Program-made: the position numbers and the translations under genes | DNA from: Antechinus flavipes | Lineage: Eukaryota | Direction of reading: 5' to 3' | Assembly: GCF_016432865.1 (NCBI RefSeq) | Contig: NC_067400.1 | Span: 502,572,001-502,636,000 of the forward strand | Length of the DNA stretch: 64,000 nt | The notes under the pieces: generated by a model | What the model was told of the DNA's origin: nothing | The model's database searches: none | The model's input: the letters and a program-made list of their open reading frames with translations, nothing else | Part shown: piece by piece, positions 38,690-51,935 of the stretch | How positions within the stretch are numbered: position 1 is the stretch's first letter | How the letters are laid out: every line of letters begins with the position of its first letter

Positions 38690-40700
38690 CTTTCTGTACC
38701 TTATTCCTCTCTTTTCTTTGTGAAGAAGTAGATAATAAGCTTCATCAGAATTCTTCTGAAGACATAATTGCTCATTGCTTTGATCAGAGCTCTTAAGTCT
38801 TTCAAAGTAGCTTTTCTTTACAACATTGTTGTCTTTTTCTGATCCTTTCATTCTGTATCCATTTTTAATATCCAAGATTCTTTGAAATGTTTCTTTTATA
38901 TCTTATGATGTAATAATAATCTCTTACATTCATATAGCACAATTTCTATAGCCAACCCACAAATGTCTAAAAGTCAATCTGAGATAGCTCCTTAGATTCT
39001 ATTTTTTTTCTTTTATCTTATTCAATATTAAGAGAATGATGTTTCTATACCAAATTGTGAATAGATACATATATGTATTCAACATTCCTTTTTCCTTTTC
39101 AGATAAGAATAAGACTTAATCTGTTGTCCATATCCTATTTCTCCATTTTTATATACATTTCTTCTCATGTACCACACTAATAGAAAATATCAAATTCCAT
39201 TCCCTTCTTCCTCTTTTCTATGCTTGTGCATTTCTCTTACCATTCATTTTTTAATCTCTTCAAACCCTTAAAACAAAATCAATCTATTCTTCAGGAGCTC
39301 TGGTTTTACATTTACTGTGCATTAAAGATATTTAAGTTCTGAAGAGCCATTTGGTTCCTTTACCTCTTTGGAATGTTAACATAGCTCATCATATAGTGCC
39401 TTCCTAATAGAAATGTTCAAACAACTTTATCTTTCTAAGTTCTCTAGAAGTTTGCATTTGTATTTAAAAGTTTTTATTCAGGTCTGACCTTTTCAACAGA
39501 AATTCTTAGAAGGATCTTTAAAGGTCCATTTTTCTCCTATAGGATTATATTTAATTTTTTGTAAATCTATTTTTTTTGCCTTTTAGAATATTGTATTCCA
39601 AGATCTCTTGATCTTTAGTAAAAGTTGACTTCTTACATGATCATGACACTGGATCCTTGGTACATGAACTTATTTCTAGCTTCCAATATATTTTTTTTTG
39701 ATATATAGTATGAATTTTTATGACATTTCTGGAATTTTATCATTTAGTTTCAGCAAGTGATGGGTGATTTTGTCTTCATTTTGTCTTTTAGTTATATTAG
39801 ATCTATTCAGTTTTTAACTCATGATTTCTTGAAATATAATGCCAAAGTCTTTTTTAAAACATTGTGATTTTCAGGGAGTGCAGTGATTTTTAAACTATTC
39901 CTCTTTGACCTGCTTTCCAGTTTGGTCATTTTTTTTATATCATATATCTTACATTTTCTTTTACTGTTTTCCATCTTTTGGTTTTGGTCTAATATGTTTT
40001 GTTATCTCATGATGTCATTGAATTCTGATTGGTCTCTTCTAGTTTTCAAGGACTCCCTTTTCAAGTGAGATTTGACATTTTTTCCTTTCAATTCTTTGCT
40101 CTAGTGCTTTTATATCATCTTTTATATTTTGCTTCATTTCTTCTAGAAATTCATATAGTATTTGTATAAAGTACATCTTCCCCTGCATTTCTGTACTAAT
40201 CCTACACCTCCTAAGAAAAGTCCTCCATGTACCCTTAAGGCCCAAAGTGTTAAATCTTCAAGGTTCTCTTTGGAGTTTCAGGATAGAATGTTAGGCACCC
40301 AAAAACCCAGTGTTACTTAATGCAAGTGTTGCATGATATAGTAGCCACTAGCATATCCCAAAGCTTCTAAGGTCCCCATCCTGGGATTTTCTTGGGGGAG
40401 CTCTCTGATCTTTCTGCCTCTAGTCTCAGGATCTTGCAGGTTACATGTACTCCTATACTGTCTCTGATTATGGTGAAAGGCTACTCTGCCCTAATGGGAA
40501 TATCTTTGCTCCACTTTTGCTGGTGGGAATTATCATCAGGTTTATGGATGGGTTTTGCACCATTCTGGAGCAAAAAAAAAATACTGTAATGGATTTCTGA
40601 TTATTTTTCAGTCTGTTGCAAACTGGAGTTTTGCTAGAATAGATATATGAGAGATGAGTGATCTGGCTTGTCTCCCATTTGGGTAGTTATCTTGGTTAGA
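38690..40700 (-). mobile_element. HAL1-like / internally deleted L1 (5' UTR, ORF1, L1-like 3' end)
   Basis: ORF-track 40039..40245 reads LEEMKQNIKDDIKALEQRIERK, like an ORF1p coiled coil. L1 3'-like sequence follows near 38700-38940 with no RT region apparent. Confidence 0.6.
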
Positions 40701-42817
40701 ATTACATGGTTTGGTTTAAGATCTTAGTTAAGACATGCATCCAGGAATGAATTTGTAGCAAAAGTGGGGATATGTATCAGTATCTCAAAAGAGATGCCAG
40801 GACTATAAATGTAGATTTAGAAGTCACAAAAATAGTAGCTGAAGCTGAAAGAGTAAATGAAATTGTCAAGGGACAAAATTTAGAAGATAAGAGGGTGAAG
40901 GTAAGACCCTCAGGAAAACACCCAAATTAAGTAACTAAGAAGAAACTGGGGAGCAATTGTAAGCATCAGAGAATGCTTTAAAAAGTTAGCAAATAGATCA
41001 GTTCAATATGGTATCACTAAAATTAAGTGAGGAGTGAATATCCAATTAATAGAAGAGTATAGTCAATGACAAAAGCTGAAGAAAAGGTCCAAGAGAATGA
41101 CCACACTTTTATAAAAAAAAATTAAGCTAAAAATATTAAAATTGGTTTGAGGATATTAAAAAATAAATATTTTATATATTTTCAAGGATACACAAATAAC
41201 TGTAATATAAATAGAGCATAAATGCATAAGAAATATATAAGTAAAATTTTTTGTGGAGATTGAGGAAGAAATGATTATTTCTTAATATGAGAATTCAGGA
41301 ACTGGGTTTTGGAAAACAGCATTCAATTGTGATGGTCTAAGGTTGGGGACCAAGAGGGTTAAGATAAGGCATGTGTAAGGAACACCAAAACTACTTTAAA
41401 AACAGAATTGTTAAAAATATTTCTGATCTTTTAAATTTAGTTCAAATACTTCTTAGCACATGGTAGGTCTTCAATAAGAATATGTTGATTGATTCATCTT
41501 GCTTTCAAAAAAAATGTGTATAGACCTCTGAATGCAAGCATTTTTGATTCATCAATTCTGTCCTCCATTTTTTTCTTCCTAAATCTTTTGGAAAAATTTC
41601 TTATCATAACCCATATTATTGATGCTTTTGATGTAGACATAGAATTAGAAGATGGAATAAATAAATAGGAGTTAGAGTCTTTCTTCTAAGACTCCTAAGC
41701 ACCATGTGCACTCTCCTTTCTTGCTCTGCTTAAGTTTCTCTAGATGACCTCAATTACTTTAGAAAATATTATTTCAATTGCCTCTGTTTTTTAATTCTTT
41801 TTGCTCTTTCCCACAATTCCTTCATGTTATTCCTCTCTAGAGCCCTCAGGATTCACTGATGCTCTGGTTTATAATGTGAAGATGTTTCTTTGGTATATAA
41901 AATCTTAGAATTATAGAACCTCTTTTGATGTCATTTATTCAATAGGCTTACAGGGTTTGATATTCTCTTGTTATGCAGAATATGTCTCAATCTGATTATA
42001 TCAGCTACAGGGAAAAAAAGATTTTTTAAAAATTATCGCAAGAATACTTGATAGAACATGCCCTGATATGCCTTTTGGTTGCTAAGGTTGCTTTACATTA
42101 ATGAAGAATTGGTATTTTTTAATTCCTTCTAAATGTGAGTCTAGTTTCTTTCCATGGAAATACCAGGTTAATAGAAAGCTAAAGTGTCTAAAGAGGGAGC
42201 TCAGAAATAAATTCAGGACCTTCAACAAGGTATATGAAAAACCTTGAAAAAATTTTCCTGTATTAATGGATTGGTTTTTATTTTATTTCAAAACAGCTAC
42301 CTTGAAATCAACCTACTTGTGAGCAAAGGCTATGAAGTGGTTTCTGGCATTGTTACTCTCCAGCCTGCTATGTGCCAGAGGAAATTTCACAAAATCAAAA
42401 GGCCCTAGCTATGTGTAGCAAAATTCAATCAACTAATCAATAAACATTTATTAAGGGCCTACTGTATGCTAGGCTTTATATAATCTTATTCTTTTTCCAC
42501 CCCAAGTTGTTGATATCTTACTTTTAGCTTTCTTTCTAGCCCCATAGTATTTAGATTGGCAGTGCACTTACTAGGCCTTATCACACCTCATTCTCAGCAT
42601 ATTTCTGTAAGGAAGATGCCGTTTTAGAGATGAGGAAATAGGCTTGCAAGAGGGTCACAATTGTAGTTAGTATCTAGTATAATTAGGGCTCTGGTCTTCT
42701 CCATTCTATATCCAGTGTTCTCTCCACTAAACTGTACTGTATCTAATATTATGCTATCATCAGGGCTTGTGTAGATTGCCCCTACTTTGCTTTCGTTGCA
42801 AATTTAATCAAATTTGA

Positions 42818-43088
42818 GCTGGACATGGTGGCATACTCCCATAACCCCTGCTACTGGGAGAAGATGAGGTTGGGGAATTATTTAAACATGAAGATTCTGA
42901 GCTGCAGTATTAAGACACCAATAGGGGAGCCCCATCATCCAGAGCAAGAAAATGGCAGGCACCTAAAAAGTGGCAAACCCACCCAGATTGGAGCAGGCCA
43001 AAGCTGATTAATAGTGGGATTGGAACATGAATAGCCTTACATTTTCAGCCTGGGCAAGATAGGCAGACCCATACTCAAAAATAAATAA
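42818..43088 (+). pseudogene. 7SL (SRP RNA)-derived retrocopy / P7SL-type SINE
   Basis: Collinear with 7SL: gctggacatggtggc 5' Alu arm, gagcaggccaaa and tagtgggat S-domain motifs, cagcctgggcaagatag...gaccc 3' arm, then an A-rich tail. Confidence 0.85.
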
Positions 43089-43599
43089 TTAAATCATCAT
43101 TTTATGTACCTCATATTTTCATATCACAAACCCTCAAAGAAACTTAATTTAATTCATGGAGTAGAAAGGATTATGTTCTGGTAGAGGAGTGGGTGGAACC
43201 AATTGACCTCTGAGTGAGGGACCTTCCAACTCTTAGTTTTTATTGCTGAAATGAAAAAATTCGCTGCTGTTCCTTAGCAGGAGTATATTTGAACCAATTA
43301 GAATACAATGATTTAATCTTGGCACAGTGAATAGAAATCCATCATTCTGATACTCTGTGTTCCAGTGAGAAGAATGATGAGCTCATTTCATCCTAAATCA
43401 TTTATTTTCCTTTTATCTCAAAAGTGTTTATTTGTTTAAAAACACAGAACAAGAAAAACAGGTTAGCACAATAAGCAAGATATTTTGGCATTTGCATTGA
43501 GACTTGATATTAAATTAGTCAAAAGACCTAAATTTGCTGTTCAGTACCAAACTAAAAGCACATTCAGTATATTCAATATCAGACCTTTGATGCTCACAG

Positions 43600-44200
43600 A
43601 GGAGCAATACTGCATACTGGAAAGTATGTTAAACTTCAGGTCCAGGGACAATTGGTTTCAACTCCTACTTTTCACATTAACTATGTAAGTGACCATTCCC
43701 CCCATCCCAAGTCTGTTTCCTAACCTATAAAATGTCAATGATGTTTAAATGTACTCTAGACTAAAATATCTACCTCATTGTGGAGGGAGGGGTTGACTCT
43801 CAAATGAAGTTCTATAAAACCCTTTGCAAACGTCAAAGTGACACAGAAATGATATTTATTATTATAGATACTGACTAGTATTGTTGATTTGTATGAAGCT
43901 TGTGGTTAATCATTCAACAATCAACAAAAATTTATTAAGCACTTACTAAGCCAGGAACTATGAAAAGGACTAGAAACAAAAAGAAAAAGCAAAAATGTTC
44001 CCTTACATTCCAATGGGAGAGATTATGTAAAGTAAAATATAAAAGAAAAACACAGGGTAGATGGGAGGTCACCTTAAATGGGATATCACAAACAGATGAA
44101 GGGATCAGGAAAGGCTTCCTGGAGGAAGTAGTATTTGAGCCAAGTCCTAAAAGAAACAGGGATCCTAAAAGCCAGAAATGGAAGAGAGAGCAAGCATGAA
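43600..44200. mobile_element. MIR (+, about 43600-43865) followed by a LINE2 3' end (-, about 43905-44200)
   Basis: tctgtttcctaacctataaaatg (MIR); caacaatcaacaaaaatttattaagcacttact and aggaaaggcttcctggagga (L2). Confidence 0.65.
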
Positions 44201-44379
44201 CAATTAAAACCTCCTATCTTTCCTTTGGATTCCTTACTCTTTCATTTTTTGCTTGTGCATTTGATTCTTTTTAAACTTAATGCAGGATTCTCTGTTTCAT
44301 CCTAATTATAGTTCATCGTGTTAGATTAGATCCCTGTGGCATGTTCTCTAGAAATATGCCATGATGCTGAATTCAATTC

Positions 44380-44710
44380 ATTAATGAACGTTTTTTGGAT
44401 TCAATCATCCAACCATTTTTGAATTCATCTCACTCTTTTATAATTCAGCTCACATTTACCCATAAGGGTATTCTAAAACTTTGTCACAGGCTTTGCTGAA
44501 ATCCCAGCATACTGTGGCTGTAATATTCCCCTGATTTTCTGGTAATCCTGCCAAAAAAAAAAAAAAAAGAAGAAAAGAAAAGAAATGAGGCTCATCTGGC
44601 CTAACTTCTTAGAAAAATCATTCTGACTCCTAATGATCATTCCTTTCTAAGCATTTAAAAGTGCCACTCCATTGTAGAATTGTTCTGTATAGAAATATCA
44701 AGCTCATTAA
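44380..44710 (-). mobile_element. L3/CR1 reverse-transcriptase fragment
   Basis: Minus strand reads GAT TTC AGC AAA GCC TGT GAC AAA GTT (DFSKACDKV), a decayed CR1 RT DFSKAFDKV motif. Confidence 0.7.
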
Positions 44711-47700
44711 TCTGTGATTTATGGAATCCCTTTTCTTGCCCCACTCAACTACAACAATCAGTAAGATAAGAAAGTTAGTAAATTTTTATTTTTTTATGAC
44801 CTATATCTGGATACTTTGAAAAATATATTAACTATAAAGATCATGATTGAAGTGGCCATTACATAGTCTCCTTTGTCTTATCTAATACAAAATTAGTTTT
44901 CACTAACCCTTCCTATATTTCCCAGCATCATAGTAATAAAACTTCTGAGGGAAGATGATGGATCTCATAAACTATAGACCAGTAACTTCCAGAAATCTTG
45001 AAATTTATATCAAGCAAAATGTCTCCCATGATAACAATTATATTGACTGACTGAAAAGGTACTCCCTTTTTTAAAAAAAGTACCCTATTTCTCCCTAAGG
45101 AAAAGGAAGACATGCCCATATTTAATAAAAATATGTTGAATCCATTTATTGGAATTGAAGTCAAGGTTGCTTTTAATATATTCTGATTTAATACAAATAG
45201 AAAAATGTTAATTATTAAAATTATAATTTGGGGAGCACATTGGGTAAGTATCCTCTGATGATACAAGTTAACATTTGTCATGGTGCCATAGTTTGGCAAT
45301 CAATGAAGGAAAAGAGAATAAATGAAATGGGAAAGAAAATGTGTGGATTTAGAAAAAAAAAAGCATATTTTTAATCTTCACAAAAGTATGGGTCTTTCAT
45401 CTTTATGTTTTGAAAAAATCATAGAATGAGCTTATAGGAACTCCATTCATGTGTGATATATCTCTTTGCTACAGTTTCAGGATTTAAAAAGTATTAGACA
45501 AAAATTCTGTAAAAGATTATTAAATCCTCAAATAGCAATAATAACAAAATCAGTTTCACACTGTCCTCAGATAAACAATTCTGGACTGCATAACCTGATT
45601 TTCCTTAGGCCCATATCTAAATTCCTCCCTTTGTCTTTGAAGCTTATTGCTGATATTCCTTCTCCACAGTAAGTGACTTGCTCATGTTTACACAAATCAC
45701 TAATGTCTGAACTGGAACCACGCGAACTTCTGACTTTTCCATGCTAATTCTCCAATTCCTAAATTTTATTAGATGTTCTCCACATTTAAAGTTTGATGAA
45801 ACAGGTTCTTCTTCCTTGCCCTTGTGAGAAGATACAAGCCTTTGCCATGAAACACTGCCAGGACCTCTGTGTAGAGACCCCTGAACAGTCTTCTCCCAGC
45901 GTCTTCCCTCACAAGGAAACCTCAGGCAATGAACTAGAGTCACACTGGAAAAGGATTCCATGCTGAGTTGCCAGCATCACCTAATGAAGAGCTTAAATGG
46001 AAGGCAGCTTCCCTGTAACTAAAATAATGTGGTGGTTTCAGAATACTGTATGAAACAATGAAGGTCCTGAGGAGTATGGTATTTCCTCTTGCTCCCTATA
46101 CACAGATTGATTTTGTTGTGTAAATTCTGATGGTTATGGAAACAAAATGAAAATTTCTCATTGTCATCTGTGTCTTACCATATTGTTTGTTGTTTCTATA
46201 GCATTAACCCTTCTCTTCATTGGTTTACTTTTTATTTATTGCAGGATTTCTTCAAGCAAGAGTTAATTTCCATTAGCTCATTTATTGAAACTGTTCAAAA
46301 TAAGCCATTTTTCTTTCTATGTCGCTAAAGGCGATGTCACTCACCCACACATAAAGTGGAGGCGTAGTATAACATTACAAGGTACCAGCCCCTCTCTTTC
46401 CTCTCCTGACCTTCCCCACTCCACTCCTCCACTTCCCCCACCTCCGCACTTGCTATTAGTCCTGACTTTTTTTTTCTCTTTTCCTTTTCAACAGACTCAT
46501 TCTTGCAGAAACTGCTATCTTAACTTGTGCCTCATAGAAAATTAGCCTCTCTCTTATTTTGTAGCAGCCATGTGATCCATTTTGAATAATTTGCTTTTGG
46601 TAGCTATTCTAGGTACAAGCAGGAGGATAAATGTTAAATAATAAAAAATGAACATAATAACGGCCAAAGAATCCTGCTGGGAACTCCTGATAGAGTCATA
46701 AGTCATCTTCTTTACTGAGCTATACCTTCTGAGAATATATAGCAGTAACAAAGCATGCCAGTAGAGTTTGTCCTGGATTTATGGGAAAAAATACATCAAA
46801 TCAGATTCTGCTAATGCAAAATTAAGGTCAACCCCTTTGGGACAGACAGTTTTTTGTTTTTTTGTTTTTTAATAGCATCATCATAGCATTTAGAGCTGTA
46901 GTTTTCAAAATTATTTTGTTTCTACATAAGCCATATGGAAAGGGGACAGGGAACCAGTTTGGAATCAGGCAGAGCTAGATTCAAATCTGTCTCTAATTCT
47001 GCTTATTTTCTCAGGCACCTCTCATGCCTTTCAGAGGTAGAACAGTTGCTGATCTTTGTTGCTAGTAGGAGTTTCTTCACTAACAGTGAAATCACAAGTC
47101 TAGACCTCCATATATAACATGGCTTGTGATTGAGAATGTTGGGCTTGCATTCAAGAGGATCTGAGTTCAAATCAAGCAAGGTCCTTAATCTCTTTCTACC
47201 TGCAAACTGCTGGAACTCATATACTAAATCACAAATTGATTGAGCAGTCTCAAAATATGAAAACTTTCTTATGTTTTGCCATATATTTAATCTGACATGA
47301 TTTATAACCAATACCATGTTTTTAGTTTACAATGCACTTTGTATTCGCTACCTTGTGAATATAACCCTGAATATAGGTTTTTTTATTCCATTTTACAGAT
47401 GAGGAAGTTTAAAAAGCATAAATGACTTACCCAAAGTCACACAACTAGCAAAGAGAAGGGCTAGTTCAATCTCAGGCCTTCACATTAAAAAAATCACTGT
47501 CCTTTCTATTCTCCCACAGCAGACTTCCCATATGCATTTTTATATAGAGATAGTAGATAACTAAACATGTTTTTTTTTCCTCCTTGGACATTGAACACTT
47601 ATTTATAATCCTGGGATCACGCAGAATATTTTAGTGAGTTAAGTGAGAATTTTCCCAAAGAACTAAGAAGCTTAAACCTAGAATTGAGAAATGGAAAACA

Positions 47701-47859
47701 ACTAAATCCCAAAATTATACATATAAACTTGTTTATATAACATATACAAATATACATGTCTGTATATACACATAATCATGAATATATATGCTTGTACATA
47801 CATGATGTACACATGCATATACATCCTGTATGTTCACATTTGTGTATATATACATACAC

Positions 47860-48100
47860 ACAGTGTCTATTTTGTGCCAGGCACTATGTGCAAGGCACTT
47901 TTGCAGATATTCTCATTTGATCCTCACAATAACTCTGGAAAGTAGGTGTTATTACTATACTTTCATAGTTGGGGAAACTGAGGCAAATAAATGTTAGTTG
48001 ACTTGCCCAAGATCATATAGCTCATAAAGATCTGAGATCAAATTTGAACTTACTTTTCTGACCCTAGGCTTAGCACTCTATCCACTGAATTACCAGCAAA
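47860..48100 (-). mobile_element. MIR/Ther SINE
   Basis: ctcatttgatcctcacaataactctgg...ggggaaactgaggcaaa...tgacttgcccaagatc. Confidence 0.8.
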
Positions 48101-48609
48101 GGACAGCCAGTTATCTCATGTTTATGCTTAGAAAGTATAATCAGTGTGAAGAGTTAGAAGGAAAAGAAGAAAGTGAATGAATGAAATTAACATTTATTGA
48201 GGATCTCTTATTAGAAGTACAAGGCACATAGTTTGTCTATATATGTGACCACAATTTAAAATAATTTTTTTCTAATAGTGTTAGAAAAGTCAACTGATTT
48301 GCTTTGCACAAGATAGGTATCTTTGTCAAGATTAAGTCATCAATCCAATTAAATGAACATAATTAATCATCTACTATTAAATACTAAGAAATATTATAGA
48401 TTCTAGAGGAAAAGAAGCAGAAATGAAATAATACTTGTTCTCAGGAAGCCCACCCCATGCTAGCTGAATACAACCCAGACAGTTAAAGATAAGATAATTT
48501 CAGGAAAGAGTAAGCACTAATGAAAGGGAATCAGGAAAGGTGTCAGAAGAGATAGAGCCTAAACTGAGCCTTGAAGGAAGCTAGAGATTATTTGGGGAGA
48601 GGGATTTAA

Positions 48610-50065
48610 AATTATTTAGTATTTTATTTTTCCTTTATTACATGTGAAAAGAATTTTTAGTATTCATTTTTAAAGCTTTGAGTTCCAGATGCTCTTCTCC
48701 GTCCCCAGTCGCTTAATTCAAAAGGCAAGCAATTCAATAAAGATTATATATGTGTAGTCATGTAAAACATTTCCATATTAGACATATTGTAAGACAAAAT
48801 ATATACCAAAAAAAACTCCTGAAGAAAAATAAAGACAGTTTTAAAAGTATGCTTCAAACTGTATTCAGAGACCATCAGTTCTTTCTTTGGGGATATATTT
48901 TTTTTCATCATAAATCTTTCAGTATTGTTTTGGATAATTGTATTGATGAGAATAGCTAAGTCATTCACAGATGATCATTTTATAATGATGCTGTTACTTT
49001 GTGCACAGTACATTTCACTTTGTATCAGCTTATAGAAGTCTTTCCAGGTTTTTCTGAGGGCATTCTGTTAAGCATTGATGATACATTTTTTTCTTTTTTT
49101 AATAGTATTGTATTTTTTTCCAAATACATGCAAAGATAGTTTTCAACATTCACCTTTGCAAAACTTTGTATTCCAAAATTTTTTCTTTTTCTTCCCCCTC
49201 TCCAAGACAGCAAGAAATATGATATAGGTTAACCAAGTGCAATTTTTCTAAATATGTTTCCATGTTTGTCATGTTGCACAAGAATAATCAGGTCAAAAGG
49301 AAAAAAAAACAAGCAAAAGTAAAAAATATTATGCTTTAATCCACATTCAGTCTCCATAATTCTTTCTCTGATGTGGATGTCACTTTCCATCACAACTCTA
49401 TTGGAATTGCCTTGAATGCCCTCATTGTTGAAAAGCGCCAAGATGATCAAAGTTAATCACTACACAATCTTGTTGTTACTGGCTATAATGTTCTCTTGGT
49501 TTTGCTCACTTCGCTCAATATCAGTTCATGTAATTCTTTCCAGGCCTTTCTGAAATCACCCTGCTCATCATTTCTTACAGAACAATGATATTCCATTACA
49601 TTCATATACCATAACTATTCTTTTCCCAAACTGAGGGACATCCAATCAATTTCCAGTTTCTTGTCACTGCAGAAAGGGTTGCTATAAACATTTTTGCACA
49701 TGTGGGTCCTTTTCCCTTTTTAATTATTTTTGGGGGATATAGATCCAGTAGAGATCTTGCTGGACTATTAATTATTTCTTATAGCACAATAGTATTCCAC
49801 CATAATCACATATAATTCAGTCATTCCCCAATTGATGGGTATTACTTCAATTTCCAATTCTTTGCCATCAGGAAAAAAAAGCTACTATAAACATTTTCTA
49901 TATATAGGTACTTTTTCTTTCTGTTGTCTTTTTAAAAATTATTTTTTGGATTATAGACTTAAAAGTGTTTACTTCTAGTCATAGGGTATGCACAGCTTTA
50001 TAAGCCTTTGGACATATCTCCAAACTGCCCCATAGAATGGCTGAATCAGTTCACAACCTCACCAG
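48610..50065 (-). mobile_element. L1 3' end with a second L1 3' end nested inside (about 49076-49775)
   Basis: The outer element breaks after gtctttccaggtttttctgagg and resumes at atttcttatagcacaatagtattcc. The insert repeats the same L1 3' motifs. Confidence 0.75.
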
Positions 50066-50202
50066 TAATGCATGAGACCTTAGAGTATCAAGTCAGTAGG
50101 GAGAGAACCAAGTAAGAGAAAATCTCAAAAGTTAAGGAAGAAGATAATATCTCAAAAGAGACAAAGACTAATAGTGCTAAAATCTGTTTTAAAAAATCAA
50201 GT

Positions 50203-50346
50203 TGGGGCAGCTAGGTGGTTCAGTGGAAAGAGCACCAGCCATGAAGTCAGGAAGATCTGAGTTCAAATCTATCTCAGATACTTAATTAACACTTCCTAGC
50301 TGTATGATCCTGATCAGGTCACTTAACCTTAATTGCCTCAGGAAAA
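50203..50346 (+). mobile_element. WSINE1 with 12-bp TSD, inserted in a minus-strand L2 (about 50080-51000)
   Basis: ggggcagctaggtggttcagtgg...aacacttcctagctg...aattgcctcagg(A)n; AAAAAATCAAGT at 50191-50202 and 50347-50358. Confidence 0.9.
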
Positions 50347-51708
50347 AAAAAATCAAGTAGAATAAAGACTAAGAAAATTTCATTTGATTTTGTAATTATG
50401 GGATCATTGATGATCTTGGGAAGAGATGTTTTATTGGAGTATTGAGGTCAGAATCCAATTGATAAGGAGCTCAGAAGTCAATGGGAGACATGGAAATAGA
50501 GCTAATAAATGCAAATGTCTCTTTCTCAGAGTTTGACTATGACAAAAGGGAAAATTGAGAAGAAAAAAATTAAGTGAAGGAGTTTTTTTTTTATTAGTTT
50601 GCTTTTTAAAGATGATAGAGAACAGAATATGTTAATAGCAACAAGGAAGAAGATAGTAGATAGGGATAGATTGAAAATGAGAGGGAAGGAATTATGGGTA
50701 GGGAAAGTTTTCAGGAAAGATGGAATTAAGAACACAAGTAGAGTTGGTTTGAGCAAGGATAAAGACCATTCTTGGAGACTGGAGGAAAGGAGAAGAGAAT
50801 GGGGAATAACGTGGTAGCATTTTAAAATCTGGATTAAGGAAGGAGTTAATGACAAATAATACTGATATTCTTAACAAACTAGGAGGAAAGGTCCAATTCT
50901 GGATGAATTATTAATGGAGTAGATGATGTAAAGAGAAAAGAAAAGGTTTAGAATACTTGGTGTGGAGAGTGTGATAATCATCATCAAAGAATATAAATGC
51001 AGCTTTTCTATTAAATACCTTCCTTATTCCCAGGGAATAGTCTCCCAGAATCCTATTTTTTGAAATTTTGTCATTTCTTAGATGGTGATAATATAGATAT
51101 TAATAGTAAGGAGGTCATTTTGTCACAATCCCAAAAGAGACCCATGATCAACCTTAGTGGAGTATAGAACATTAATAAATTATACCGAGCTTATTCTGTA
51201 ACAAACAAGTGAAATTAGGTTAAGTGAATCACAAAGGCAGCTTGAGAGGTTTGTAGAAGTAGGAAAGGACAGTCATTTCCTTGTCTTAGTAAATGTAGAA
51301 TGTGAACTTTGAGGGCAAAGAGTGTTGCATCTTACTATTCCTACTTCCTAGCAAAAAGCCTTGCACAGTTAGTGCTTTATCAGCATTTATTGAAATGATT
51401 TAGTAATAGGAGGGTTTTATGGGCAGTACAATAAATATGGATAGGTAAGACTAGGCATTATTGTTGTTGTTGTTTGGCGTTGGTTTGGTTTTGTTTTTTT
51501 AAAAACATTAGCAACTTACAAAATCATTATTTTCTTCTTCCTCACAAGTTTCCTTCCTGAGAAACTGCTCTGGCCCTAGCAATATAAAAGACCTCTCAAA
51601 GGACCAGAGTCTAATGTAGTTTATCCTAATTTACCATTCCCTAAAGTCATTAACATATTCAAAAGATATATTACCTAATTTAAACTACTAGACTTAAGTA
51701 TTTTTCTC

Positions 51709-51780
51709 TTGAATGTTGAAAATTATCTATGCATATGTTTTGAAAAAAAGCTTTAATAAACAACAACAACAACAACAAAT
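51709..51780 (+). mobile_element. Ultra-short L1 3' terminus with (CAA)n tail
   Basis: aatgttgaaaattatctatgcatatgttttgaaaaaaagctttaataaa matches the terminus at 4478-4596. Confidence 0.65.
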
Positions 51781-51793
51781 AAATGTCATCTTT

Positions 51794-51898
51794 TGGGCAG
51801 CTATGTGGCTCAATGGACAGAATATTGACCTTGGAATTAGGAAGGCTTCAGTTCAAATCCAGCCTCAGAATAGCTGTGTGACCTTGGGCAATTGCCTC

Positions 51899-51935
<37 letters not shown>

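Larger units (their letters stand above)
37505..41110 (-). mobile_element. LINE2 remnant fragmented by a MITE and a HAL1/L1 insertion (L2 pieces about 37505-38335 and 40720-41110)
   Basis: L2 terminus near 37510, then L2 internal motifs (ccctgaaagtttttgagcagaggaataac; ggactataaatgtagatttagaagtc). Confidence 0.6.

Noticed and set aside
38427-38693. 15-bp direct repeat AAACTATGTCACTTT (38427-38441 and 38679-38693)
   Set aside because: It could be a TSD, but the enclosed AT-rich sequence merges with L1/HAL1 tail sequence on both sides and I cannot define a discrete insert.
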